A stretch of 64,000 nucleotides of DNA from Polyangia bacterium. GTDB taxonomy: Bacteria; Myxococcota_A; Polyangia; Fen-1088. The notes under the pieces are model-generated. The model saw only the letters and a list, made by a program, of their open reading frames with translations, was not told the DNA's origin and did not search any database. This document shows, piece after piece, positions 41,219 through 50,558 of this stretch. Location of the stretch: contig DATATI010000074.1 in NCBI GenBank assembly GCA_036268875.1, positions 133,886-197,885 on the forward strand. Reading direction: 5' to 3'. Position 1 is the first letter of the stretch, and every line of letters starts with the position of its first letter. Made by a program: the position numbers and the translations under genes.

Positions 41219-41677
41219 ATGATTGCGAAGATAATTTTGCGACCTTGTGACCGCTGCCCGCAGTCGCTAGGCTGCCGACGCGTGACCCGGCGAGCTTGGT
41301 GGTGGACCGCGGTGGGCGCGTGGTGTCTGCTGGTTTTCGTTCTGTCGTCTGTGCCGGGCCGCGATCTGCCCGCGATGCCCGCCGAGAACTTCGACAAGTT
41401 GGTCCACGCGGCGGTCTATGGCGTGCTGGGTGCGCTGTGCTTGCTGGCCGTGCTGGCAACCTGGCGTCTGCGGGCGGCGGTGGCGGCAACGCTGGCCGTT
41501 GGACTGGCGACGATCTACGGCATCAGCGACGAGCTTCATCAGTTGCTGACGCCCGGCCGCAGCTGCGATATTCACGACGTCATGGCCGACCTGGTCGGCT
41601 CGGTCATCGGCGTCGCCGCCCTGTCGCTGCTGGTCATCGTTCGCGCGCGGAAGCGAATCGATCGCCCGCAAGCATAG
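41219..41677 (+). CDS. VanZ family membrane protein
   Basis: Multi-TM VanZ-like sequence (FDKLVHAAVYGVLGALCLLAV...GISDELHQLLTPGRSCDIHDVMADLVGSVIG). The true start may be the GTG at 41281. Confidence 0.65.
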   Translation: MIAKIILRPCDRCPQSLGCRRVTRRAWWWTAVGAWCLLVFVLSSVPGRDLPAMPAENFDKLVHAAVYGVLGALCLLAVLATWRLRAAVAATLAVGLATIYGISDELHQLLTPGRSCDIHDVMADLVGSVIGVAALSLLVIVRARKRIDRPQA

Positions 41678-41723
41678 ATGAAAAACGGTGGCTGCCTTAT
41701 GATGAACCGAAAGTCGAGCCTCG

Positions 41724-42938
41724 ATGCTCCCCGACGAGAGAACCACGCATAGCACTACGCTGGCGCTGCCCACCGACGTCGAGGCGTTGGTGGCGGCCCC
41801 CGGCCGCGGCGTGGCCAAGGCGCTGGTGGCGTTTCTCCGCTCGCAGAATATAAACGTTCAAACCGCCACCGACACCGACGGCGCCTTCGAAGAGGCGCTG
41901 CTGCACCCGCCGGACATCATCCTCATCGATGATCGCATCCTGCCCACCGGCGGCATCGACCTGTGCCAGCGTCTGAAGGCCAACGTGCGCACGCATTTCG
42001 TGCCGGTGATCGTCTTCGTGCTGAACGACCTGCGGCACTTTCGCCTCCGCGCCACCGCCGCCGGCGCCGACGCGGTCTTCACGCCGACCACCGACGCGCA
42101 GGAGCGGCGCACCCGGCTATGGGCCCTGCTGCGCACGCGGGCGCTGTTCCGGCAAATGGAGCGCAAGCAGCGCACCCAGGGGACAGAGATCGTCGATCGC
42201 CGCCGCTGGCTGAATTTATTTCTGCAAGACCTGCAAGGCTCGGTGGCGGCGCTGCAGTCCGATGTGGACTTCATCGCCCGGTTCGCCCCGCCGCATGGCG
42301 ATCCGCGCCGCGACGATTTTCAAGACAGCGTCGAGGACGCCCGGTCGCTGTTCGACCTCTTGATGTTGAACGTGCGCACGGTGGCCGACTTCGAACGCAA
42401 CGAGGGTGGGCAGTTGGTCGTCAGCGAGTCCACCTTCACCCTGGCCGAGGTGGCGCGGGAGGTTCACCGCGACATCAGCCGCCAAGCCGCCCTGGCCGGC
42501 CGCAAGCTCGCCCTGGGCCCGGCCAGCAAGGGAACGGATCGATTCGTGGTGGCCGACCGCGAGCTGGTCAAACGGGCGGTGATGAACCTGGTGCTGCACG
42601 CCGTGTTGCGCGGGCAATCGGCGGAGGCGATCACGCTGCGCACCCAATCCGTGGGCAGTGGCGCGCGCCTGACGGTGTCGATGCCGGGCGAACCGCTGCG
42701 CCTCGATTGGCGCTCGATGTTCGAACCGTACGCGCCGGCCAGCGCCGCCTCGGTCGGATACGGTCTCGGCCTGGCCATGGCTCGCACCATCGCCGAGTTG
42801 CACCACGGTCGGGTCTGGGTGGAACAAGAGCCGCCTTCCGGCTCGGCGCTGGTGCTGCAGATCGGAGATGATGCGGTGGCGGCGGTGGCGGATCGGGGCG
42901 GCGCGGGGATGCCCAGCAGTCGGGCAGGCCGGGAATGA
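41724..42938 (+). CDS. Receiver-like domain / histidine kinase-like ATPase hybrid protein (degenerate phosphorelay residues)
   Basis: REC-like fold with IILIDD but no N-terminal acidic pair. The HisKA-like region has no His (FLQDLQGSV). HATPase_c G-box (GYGLGLAMARTIAELHHGRVWV). Confidence 0.7.
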   Translation: MLPDERTTHSTTLALPTDVEALVAAPGRGVAKALVAFLRSQNINVQTATDTDGAFEEALLHPPDIILIDDRILPTGGIDLCQRLKANVRTHFVPVIVFVLNDLRHFRLRATAAGADAVFTPTTDAQERRTRLWALLRTRALFRQMERKQRTQGTEIVDRRRWLNLFLQDLQGSVAALQSDVDFIARFAPPHGDPRRDDFQDSVEDARSLFDLLMLNVRTVADFERNEGGQLVVSESTFTLAEVAREVHRDISRQAALAGRKLALGPASKGTDRFVVADRELVKRAVMNLVLHAVLRGQSAEAITLRTQSVGSGARLTVSMPGEPLRLDWRSMFEPYAPASAASVGYGLGLAMARTIAELHHGRVWVEQEPPSGSALVLQIGDDAVAAVADRGGAGMPSSRAGRE

Positions 42939-43789
42939 ATCACGAAGGAATGGCGGTGCGGCTCGCTCGGCTGCTCCGTCCGGCGTTCCTGGCCACGTTG
43001 GTGATGCTCTCGCTGGTCGTCGAGCCGGCGGCACACGCGGCGGCGCCACCCGGCAAGGTCGACGAGCTCTGCGGCGCGCTGCTCGACGACGCCAACTACA
43101 AGGTGCGGGTTCAGGCGGCGCTGGTGCTGGGGCGGTTACGCGATCCCAACTCGATCGGTCCGCTGACTCAGGCGTTGGGCGACCAGAACAAGACGGTGCG
43201 GGCCATCGCCGCGCAGGCCCTGGGACAGATCGCCGATCGGTCGGCCACCGATGCCTTGAAGGCTCTCCTGCGTCGGGAGAGCGACACCTTCGTGCGCACG
43301 CAAACCGAAAAAGCGCTGGCTATCTTGGCCAGCGCCGGCGGCCCCCTGCCCAACAAGCGCGCCAAGATCTATCTCAACTTCGGACCGTTCACCGGCGGCG
43401 TGAAGTCGGCCGGCGCCGACGACGCCAAGACCATCCACGACGCGCTGGCGCGGGAACTGGGCAAGCTGCAGCTTGTGACCCTGGCCCTGGCCAATGGCGA
43501 TCCGAAGGCGTTCGGCAAATTGGGTCTGCTGGGCTTTTACATCGACGGCAACATCACGCGCCTCGACGATCTGCCGGCCGGCGGATCTTCCGAGACGTCG
43601 TGCGACGTGAAGGTGATGGTGGCGCGCTGGCCCACCAAGAGCATCATTTTGTGGACCAACGCGGGCGCCAGCCTGCAGTCAGGGTCGCGCGTTCGTGACA
43701 AGGAGAACGCCCGGCGGGACTGCCTCGAGGCTTCCGCCGGCCAGCTGAGCGAAGATTTGAGCAAGTTTTTTAGGTCCCAAGGTGGATAG
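42935..43789 (+). CDS. HEAT/PBS-lyase repeat-containing exported protein
   Basis: ATGA overlap with the upstream gene. Signal peptide. HEAT-like repeats (DANYKVRVQAALVLGRLRDPNSIGPLTQALGDQNKTVRAIAAQALGQI). Confidence 0.65.
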   Translation: MNHEGMAVRLARLLRPAFLATLVMLSLVVEPAAHAAAPPGKVDELCGALLDDANYKVRVQAALVLGRLRDPNSIGPLTQALGDQNKTVRAIAAQALGQIADRSATDALKALLRRESDTFVRTQTEKALAILASAGGPLPNKRAKIYLNFGPFTGGVKSAGADDAKTIHDALARELGKLQLVTLALANGDPKAFGKLGLLGFYIDGNITRLDDLPAGGSSETSCDVKVMVARWPTKSIILWTNAGASLQSGSRVRDKENARRDCLEASAGQLSEDLSKFFRSQGG

Positions 43790-43821
43790 GGTCATGATGG
43801 ATAGCGGATGTGGAGGCCTCT

Positions 43822-44484
43822 ATGAACAGCCCTGAAGCGGCCGCGCCGGCACGCCCGGCGTACAAACGGAAAGTTCGGAACTACCTGCTGGATGTTGGTC
43901 TGCAGCTGCGGTACACGGCGACCATCGTGATCGTGGCGGTGTTTCTGACCGCCGGCCTGGGGTTCAAGATGTACCAGGCGACGCGCGACGTCTCGAAGGT
44001 GATCTTGTGGACCAGCCTGGTCGATCCGTCCAGCGCGGAAGAACTGCAGGCGCAGTTCTCCAACAGCGATCACGTGGTGCTGCTGGGAATCGTCGGCTTC
44101 GGTGTGGTGCTGGTGCTTTCGGTCAGCGCGGTGGGCATTCTGATCACGCACAAGGTGGCGGGGCCGCTGTACAAGATCTCCAGCATCTTTGGGCGGGTGC
44201 GTGACAATCGCCTGGGACCGTCGCCGCCCAGTCTGCGCAAGGGCGACGAGCTGCAGGATTTCTATTCGTCCTTCCGCGAGATGCACCAGTCGCTGCGCGA
44301 TCGAACGGAAGAGGACGTGCGCGTCCTGGGCAACGCCATCTCTGCGCTGGAGACGTCGCCGGACGCGCGCGGGTCCAGTTCACCGTTGCAGCGCACGCTG
44401 GATGATCTACGCCTGATGCGCAAACGGAAGGAAGAAAGTCTGGATCCGGGCGAATCCAGCGACCTTATCAACATCCGCCGCTAA
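43822..44484 (+). CDS. HAMP domain-containing membrane protein
   Basis: GGAGG sits 5 nt before the ATG. Two TM helices flank a short loop. HAMP-like segment (THKVAGPLYKISSIFGRVRDNRLGP...LQDFYSSFREM). Confidence 0.65.
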   Translation: MNSPEAAAPARPAYKRKVRNYLLDVGLQLRYTATIVIVAVFLTAGLGFKMYQATRDVSKVILWTSLVDPSSAEELQAQFSNSDHVVLLGIVGFGVVLVLSVSAVGILITHKVAGPLYKISSIFGRVRDNRLGPSPPSLRKGDELQDFYSSFREMHQSLRDRTEEDVRVLGNAISALETSPDARGSSSPLQRTLDDLRLMRKRKEESLDPGESSDLINIRR

Positions 44485-44519
44485 CGGGGGTGGCCGAGCC
44501 GACGGATTTGCGGCTCGCC

Positions 44520-45002
44520 TCAGTTTTGCCGGGTCTGCGCGGCGCTGACCAGACAGAGGCCGTGCAGGAAAAGCCCAGGCAGAAAACAGCAGGCGTAACC
44601 CATCAGGGTGGTGGCCATCCAGGCAACGCCGGCACCGGCGCGGCCCGAATAAATATGGCCAGCACCGGGGATCAGCATCGACAGCAGCACCGCGGTCACC
44701 GGGCTGTGCTTGGGCCGCAGCGACAGGAACGAATCACCGATGGTGATGGCCGGCGGGCCGACGGTCAGCGCCTGCGAGGTGCCTCCGTTCACCAGCGGCT
44801 TGCGACCCGGATAGACATATTCGACGATGCCCGAGGCGGCGCTGCGCACCAGAAGCGTGCCCTGCTCCACCATGCGCGCCAGGTGGCGTTCGGCCGTGCG
44901 CACCGAGACCCGGCCCAGATAGGCGACGTGGGCGGCGGTGATAGGCACGTCGGTCTCGAACAGCACCTTTAAAACAAGCTGTTCGAATTCCTCAAAGTCC
45001 AT
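44520..45002 (-). CDS. HTH-containing membrane protein with TM2-like domain
   Basis: N-terminal winged-helix-like sequence (VPITAAHVAYLGRVSVRTAERHLARMVEQGTL). C-terminal TM2-type motif (LIPGAGHIYSGRAGAGVAWMATTLMGY). Confidence 0.6.
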   Translation of the reverse strand: MDFEEFEQLVLKVLFETDVPITAAHVAYLGRVSVRTAERHLARMVEQGTLLVRSAASGIVEYVYPGRKPLVNGGTSQALTVGPPAITIGDSFLSLRPKHSPVTAVLLSMLIPGAGHIYSGRAGAGVAWMATTLMGYACCFLPGLFLHGLCLVSAAQTRQN

Positions 45003-45096
45003 GCGACCTCACAAGACTAGCATACGTCCGACAATGCACGGTCCTCGAGTGCACGTCGGTTGTGGCACCAGCGATTATTCTCACTGCTCGCTCTGG

Positions 45097-45372
45097 CTAC
45101 CAGGGTCTTACGTAGTTTGGATCGGCGCTCAGCCGGATCACGGACAGCGCGAACACGCCGCTGACGAAGAGGATCATCAGCGCCACGGTGCCGATGAAAT
45201 TGCTGACCCGCGCTCGGCGGATGATGCGGGCGACATTCTGGCGCTCGCGAAGGTCGAACGGGAGTTCCGGGGTCGGCGTCCGTTTCGGAGCGGGCTGCTT
45301 GAAACGGTTCCCAGCGTCCACGAAATATGCATCGGTGGAAACCCTTGTCCGCTTGAAAGGACAGCGCAGCAT
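45097..45372 (-). CDS. Small hypothetical membrane protein (91 aa)
   Basis: GGGAG RBS 6 nt upstream of the ATG. C-terminal TM helix (FIGTVALMILFVSGVFALSVI). GC3-rich. Confidence 0.45.
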   Translation of the reverse strand: MLRCPFKRTRVSTDAYFVDAGNRFKQPAPKRTPTPELPFDLRERQNVARIIRRARVSNFIGTVALMILFVSGVFALSVIRLSADPNYVRPW

Positions 45373-45426
45373 CGCCGGCTCCCGTTGGGTGGGGCGTCAG
45401 CCCACACCACGCGGGCCAGGCACGCG

Positions 45427-46881
45427 CTATTCGGCCGGCACGGCCACCTTGTGCAGGCTGACGTTGTCGCCGTCGTCGCTTTTCAGCTGGCTGAAGGTGA
45501 TCGACGACAGCAACGTGAAGGCGCCCAGGGCCAAAAACGCCATGTGGATGCCGTGAATGATCTGCAGCGGCGCCGTCTGCGCGCCGTGGGGGATGAACAG
45601 CGCCGCTGCCAGCGACGCCGACGCCACGCCAAAGCTCATCGAAAGCTGCTGGGCGGCGCTGGCGATGGTGCTGGCCAGGCTGGTCTCGGCATCCGCGACG
45701 TCGGCGTAGCCCAGGGTGTTCATGCTGGTGTACTGGAACGACGAAAAGAAACCGAAAGCAAAGGCCTGCAGCACGATGATCCACACCGGCGTTCGTAGCC
45801 CGACGATGGCGAAAAGGCCGATCAGGATCCCGAGGGCGATGGTGTTCAGCAATAGCACGCGGCGATAACCCACCCGCCGCAAGATGTGCGGCATCAGGAG
45901 GCGCAGGCTCATGGCGGCCAGCGGCTGCGGCAAGATCAGAAGACCTGACTGCAGCGGGCTATAGCCAAGGCCGGTCTGATACAGCAGCGGCAGCAAAAAA
46001 GGCATCCCGCCCACGCCAAGGCGGGTGAGGAAACTGCCACCGACCGCCACCCGCAGCGTACGGATGCGCAAAAGGTCCAGGCGCAACAGCGGGTGCGCTT
46101 CCGAACGGGCGTGCCAGACATAGCCGAAGAGAAGCAGCATCGACAAAGACAGCAGCCCCAGGATCTCGTAGGCGCTCAGGGCGTGCTCGCCGAAGACCTC
46201 CAGCACATAAGACAGCAGGGCCACACCGGCGCTGAACAACACCAGGCCGACGATGTCGAGCGGGAAGGTCCGCGCGCCACGGAAATCGGGCATGAAGCGA
46301 ACGACCAGGCCCAGGCCGACCAGACCGAAGGGCAGGTTCAAAAAGAAGATCAGCCGCCAGGAGAAAAATCGCACCAAAGCCCCGCCGGCCACCGGGCCCA
46401 GCATCGGGCCGATCAGGGCGGGAATGGCCACGAAGGCCATCGCTCGCACCAGTTGCGATTTGGGAAAGACGCGGACCATGGTCAGCCGTCCGACCGGCAC
46501 CATCAGCGCGCCGCCCCCGCCTTGCAGGATGCGACAGAGCACCAGGGCGTGAATGTCCGTCGCCAGACCGCAAAGCAAGGAGCCGAGCATGAAGATGGCG
46601 ATGGCCGCCCCGAACACGCGACGGGTGCCAAAGCGATCCGCCACCCACCCACTGAGTGGGATGAACACCGCCAGGCTGAGGGTGTAGCTCGACAACACGG
46701 ACTTCATCGACAGCGGCTGCACGTGCAGCGCGGCCGCCAGGGTCGGCACCGCGGTGTTGAGGATCGTGCTGTCGAGGGCCTCCATGAAGAACGCCACCGC
46801 CACCAACCAGGGAACGATCCGCGTCGACGGCGCGGGCGGGTTGAGCGGCTGTGATTGGGCGTCGGTCTTGCTGGCCGCCAT
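45427..46881 (-). CDS. MFS transporter, DHA2 (EmrB/QacA-like, 14-TMS) family
   Basis: Typical MFS motifs (LDSTILNTAVPTLAAAL, SGWVADRFGTRRVF). 484 aa with about 14 hydrophobic segments. Confidence 0.85.
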   Translation of the reverse strand: MAASKTDAQSQPLNPPAPSTRIVPWLVAVAFFMEALDSTILNTAVPTLAAALHVQPLSMKSVLSSYTLSLAVFIPLSGWVADRFGTRRVFGAAIAIFMLGSLLCGLATDIHALVLCRILQGGGGALMVPVGRLTMVRVFPKSQLVRAMAFVAIPALIGPMLGPVAGGALVRFFSWRLIFFLNLPFGLVGLGLVVRFMPDFRGARTFPLDIVGLVLFSAGVALLSYVLEVFGEHALSAYEILGLLSLSMLLLFGYVWHARSEAHPLLRLDLLRIRTLRVAVGGSFLTRLGVGGMPFLLPLLYQTGLGYSPLQSGLLILPQPLAAMSLRLLMPHILRRVGYRRVLLLNTIALGILIGLFAIVGLRTPVWIIVLQAFAFGFFSSFQYTSMNTLGYADVADAETSLASTIASAAQQLSMSFGVASASLAAALFIPHGAQTAPLQIIHGIHMAFLALGAFTLLSSITFSQLKSDDGDNVSLHKVAVPAE

Positions 46882-47020
46882 GACCTGGACATAGCCTGCG
46901 CACGGCTCGAATTTAAGAAAGAGAATTCTTTCTCTCGCCGCCAGGCGCCGAAAAAAACGAAATTGCCGCCAGGTCCGAAAGTGGCCGGCGCGTGACGGGC
47001 GGACAGAGCATCTTAGGGGC

Positions 47021-48517
47021 GTGAGGCTTTTGGATCCGGATGTCTGCTATCGGGCGCTGGTCGCCCGCGACACGCGTTTTGATGGGATTTTCTTCGTTGG
47101 CGTCACGACCACCGGGATCTACTGCCGGCCGGTCTGCCGCGCCCGCACGCCCGGCCGCGACCGCTGCGTGTTCTTTCCCACTGCCGCCCAGGCCGAGGCG
47201 GCCGGCTTTCGTTCGTGCTTTCGTTGCCGGCCCGAGCTGGCGCCCGGCGCCGCGCCGGTCGACGCCCTGTCGCGGGTGGTGGCGGCGGCCATGCGCCGGA
47301 TCGAAGAGGGCGCGCTTTGTCAGTACGGAACCATCGACAGTCTGGCCGGCGAGCTCGGCGTATCGGGCCGGCATCTGCGCCGAGCCATGCGCGCCGAGCT
47401 GGGAGTGAGCCCGCTGGCCTTGGCGGAGTCCCGGCGTATGGCGCTGGCGCGACAGCTGATCGTCGACACCGCGCTGCCGATGACCGAGGTGGCCTTCGCC
47501 AGCGGCTTTCGCAGCGTGCGCCGTTTCAACGCCGCCCTGAAAGCGCGCTACGCCCGCTCGCCGTCGGCGATGCGCCGGACCCCGCGCGAAGGAGCGGCCG
47601 CCGGCGAGACGCTGGCGGTGACGCTGCCCTATCGCCCGCCTTACGACTGGCCGGCGATCCTGGGTCACCTCGGCGCGCGCGCCATCCCTGGCGTCGAATG
47701 CGTGCGTGATGGGATCTACCTGCGCACCGTCGCCGTCGGCGCCCACCGCGGCTGGCTGGCTGTCAGCGCCGTTCCCGGGCGCGCGGCGCTGCAGGCGACC
47801 ATCTCGACGTCGCTGACGGGCGCGCTGATGATGGTGGTGGCGCGCCTGCGGCGGCTGTTCGACCTCGATGCCCAACCGGCGGCCATCGCCGCGCATCTGG
47901 TCCGCGATCCGCGCCTGGCGGCGTCAGTGCGCGCGCGGCCCGGGCTGCGTCTGGCGGGCGCCTTCGATCCGTTCGAGGCGGCGGCGCGTGCCGTGCTGGG
48001 CCAACAGATCAGCGTCGCCGCCGCCCGCACGCTGGCCGGTCGGCTGGCGGCTGGTATCGGCGAGGCGATCGCCACGCCCCACGCGGAGCTTGGCCGCTTG
48101 TTCCCGCCGGTAAGCGCGATTGGCGGCGCCTCGGTCGCCGACCTGGCGGGGGCGGGGATGCGGATTCGCCGCGCCGCCACCTTGCGCGCCATCGCGCAGG
48201 CGGTGGGCAGCGGCGCGCTTTCTCTCGACAACGGCGGCGAGCCGGCACGCCTGGTCGAGCAGGTGAGCGCGCTGCCGGGCGTCGGTCCCTGGACCGCGCA
48301 TTACCTGGCCATGCGCGGTCTCGGTTGGCCCGACGCCTTTCCCGAGGACGATCTGGTGCTGCGCCGAGCGTTGGGCGGGATCTCCGGACCGCAAGCGCGC
48401 GCCCTGGCCGAACCGTGGCGACCCTGGCGCGCCTACGGCGCCACGCACATCTGGGCGGGCATCAAACCCCGATCGCACCACCAAGCGCCAGCAACCGCAG
48501 GAGCTGATCAACCATGA
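47021..48517 (+). CDS. alkA: Ada regulatory domain (methylphosphotriester acceptor plus AraC HTH) fused to a DNA-3-methyladenine glycosylase II (AlkA) domain
   Basis: Ada Zn/Cys motif (DGIFFVGVTTTGIYCRPVCRAR...FRSCFRCRP). AraC HTH. HhH-GPD glycosylase C-terminal half. GTG start. Confidence 0.8.
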   Translation: MRLLDPDVCYRALVARDTRFDGIFFVGVTTTGIYCRPVCRARTPGRDRCVFFPTAAQAEAAGFRSCFRCRPELAPGAAPVDALSRVVAAAMRRIEEGALCQYGTIDSLAGELGVSGRHLRRAMRAELGVSPLALAESRRMALARQLIVDTALPMTEVAFASGFRSVRRFNAALKARYARSPSAMRRTPREGAAAGETLAVTLPYRPPYDWPAILGHLGARAIPGVECVRDGIYLRTVAVGAHRGWLAVSAVPGRAALQATISTSLTGALMMVVARLRRLFDLDAQPAAIAAHLVRDPRLAASVRARPGLRLAGAFDPFEAAARAVLGQQISVAAARTLAGRLAAGIGEAIATPHAELGRLFPPVSAIGGASVADLAGAGMRIRRAATLRAIAQAVGSGALSLDNGGEPARLVEQVSALPGVGPWTAHYLAMRGLGWPDAFPEDDLVLRRALGGISGPQARALAEPWRPWRAYGATHIWAGIKPRSHHQAPATAGADQP

Positions 48518-49071
48518 GCGACACCATCTTCTTTTCCACCATGCCAAGCCCAGTCGGCCCTTTGACCTTGGTCGCCGACGCCGATGACGATCTGATCGGG
48601 CTTTATTTCGACCGCGATCCGATCGGCGCGCTCCGACGTGGGCAGGGCGCGCGTGACGATCGCCGTCTGCAGCCGGCGGCGCAGCAGCTTGATGAATACT
48701 TCGCGGGCCGGCGCACGCGGTTCGATCTGCCACTGGCGCCGCGGGGCACGCCCTTTCAAAAAGCCGTCTGGGCGGCGCTGGTGGCGATCCCCTTCGGGCA
48801 AACCGCCAGCTACCGCGACGTCGCGGGGGCCATCGGCCAGCCGGCGGCGGTGCGGGCCATCGGCGGGGCCAATCATCGCAATCCACTGGCGATCGTTGTT
48901 CCGTGCCACCGCGTGATCGGGGCTGACGGATCGCTGACCGGTTACGGCGGCGGTCTGGATCGCAAGCGGCTGCTGCTGGCGCTGGAGGCGGGCGTGGCCG
49001 CGGCCACGCCGGCTATATTTCCGGCACGGCGACGCCAGCAGCTTTCGCTGGCGAAGGTTTTGAATCGCTGA
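48514..49071 (+). CDS. ogt: Methylated-DNA--protein-cysteine methyltransferase
   Basis: Active-site PCHRVIG. YGQTASYRDVA signature. ATGA overlap with the upstream ada-alkA gene. Confidence 0.88.
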   Translation: MSDTIFFSTMPSPVGPLTLVADADDDLIGLYFDRDPIGALRRGQGARDDRRLQPAAQQLDEYFAGRRTRFDLPLAPRGTPFQKAVWAALVAIPFGQTASYRDVAGAIGQPAAVRAIGGANHRNPLAIVVPCHRVIGADGSLTGYGGGLDRKRLLLALEAGVAAATPAIFPARRRQQLSLAKVLNR

Positions 49072-49113
49072 GGGCACTCCCATCGGGGTGCAAAGCCAAA
49101 CGTATCGAGAGTT

Positions 49114-50352
49114 TTGAACCTGTCCTTCGCTAGAACATGGGCGATCGTTCTGTGCGCGGTGCGCGCGGTGTGGCGCCACAAACTGCGCAGCGGCCTCAGC
49201 ACGCTGGGCGTGACCATCGGCATCGCCGCCGTGGTCTTGGTGGTGGCGATTGGACGCGCGGGAGCCGATCGAACCGCCGACCAGCTGAAACAACTGGGTG
49301 ACAACCTGGTCTGGGTCGAGGCCGGGTCGCGCAACGTGAACGGCGTTCGCACCGGCAGCCACGGGACCACGTCGTTGACGCCCGGGGATCTGGAGGCCAT
49401 CCGCGTCGAGGTGCCGCTGATCAAAAGCGCCACGCCCAACGTCGACGGCACGGTTCACCTGGCCTTCGCGCGGCGCAACTGGACCACGCACTATCGCGGC
49501 GTCGGTCCCGAATACTTCGACATCAAGGCCTGGAAGGTTGAAGAGGGTGCCGCTTTTTCCGGGCGCGACGTCGACGCCAGCGCGAACGTCTGCTTGATCG
49601 GGCGCACCGTGCGGCAACAACTGTTCGGAGACGAGCCGCCGCTGGGGCAGATGATTCGCGTCGAGCAGCACGTGTTTCAAGTGGTGGGCGTTCTGGGCGC
49701 CAAGGGCCAGACGGGATACGGCCAGGATCAGGACGACACGATCATCATTCCCGTCTCCACGGCGCAAAAGAAGATCCGCGGCAAGGGGTACGACTGGCTG
49801 GACGACATTCTCTGTTCGGCGGTCGCGCCCGAGGCGGTGGAACCGGCCGTCAAGAAGATCGTCAGCTTGATGCGCCAGCGCCACGCGATTCGCCCTGGGC
49901 AGGACGACGATTTCAACATCCGACGGCCGGACGAGATCATCAAGGTGCAGATCGCCACCGCGCAGACCTTCGCGCTGCTGCTGCTGGCGGTGGCGTCGAT
50001 CTCGTTGCTGGTCGGCGGGATCGGGATCATGAACGTCATGCTGGCGTCGGTGGCGGAACGAACGCGCGAGATTGGCCTGCGCCTGGCGGTCGGCGCCACC
50101 CGGCGGGCGGTGCAGGTTCAGTTCCTGGCCGAAGGGATCATCCTCAGTCTCTTCGGCGGCGCCTTTGGCGTCCTGCTCAGCCTGGGCAGCGCGTTCCTCG
50201 TCGAACGGCTCCTGCAATGGCCGATCGCGATCTCGGTCCAGGCCGTGGTCCTGGCTGGCGCGTTCTCCGTCGCGGTCGGCCTCTTCTTTGGCTTTTATCC
50301 CGCCCACCGCGCATCGGCGCTGGATCCGCTGGTGGCCCTACGCCACGAATAG
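49114..50352 (+). CDS. ABC transporter permease, FtsX/MacB-like family (no adjacent ATPase)
   Basis: N-terminal TM. Large periplasmic domain. Three C-terminal TM helices with FtsX signature (GGIGIMNVMLASVAERTREIGLRLAVGA). Confidence 0.8.
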   Translation: MNLSFARTWAIVLCAVRAVWRHKLRSGLSTLGVTIGIAAVVLVVAIGRAGADRTADQLKQLGDNLVWVEAGSRNVNGVRTGSHGTTSLTPGDLEAIRVEVPLIKSATPNVDGTVHLAFARRNWTTHYRGVGPEYFDIKAWKVEEGAAFSGRDVDASANVCLIGRTVRQQLFGDEPPLGQMIRVEQHVFQVVGVLGAKGQTGYGQDQDDTIIIPVSTAQKKIRGKGYDWLDDILCSAVAPEAVEPAVKKIVSLMRQRHAIRPGQDDDFNIRRPDEIIKVQIATAQTFALLLLAVASISLLVGGIGIMNVMLASVAERTREIGLRLAVGATRRAVQVQFLAEGIILSLFGGAFGVLLSLGSAFLVERLLQWPIAISVQAVVLAGAFSVAVGLFFGFYPAHRASALDPLVALRHE

Positions 50353-50558
50353 CGGCGCGTGGGAAATTCCCGAGCCATTGATCACCGTGCTGGTGGCGTC
50401 GGGCGTGGCCGGCTATCCTTCGATCAGGCCTGTCACGGGCGGCGGTCGGCTGGATCCACGTGGGCAGGCCGAGGGCTTGACCGATTGCCGGCTGACCGCG
50501 CGGGCCGGCGCGCCGGTGCCACCGCTGCCCAGCGCCAAACCGCGACGAAAGGAATGCC

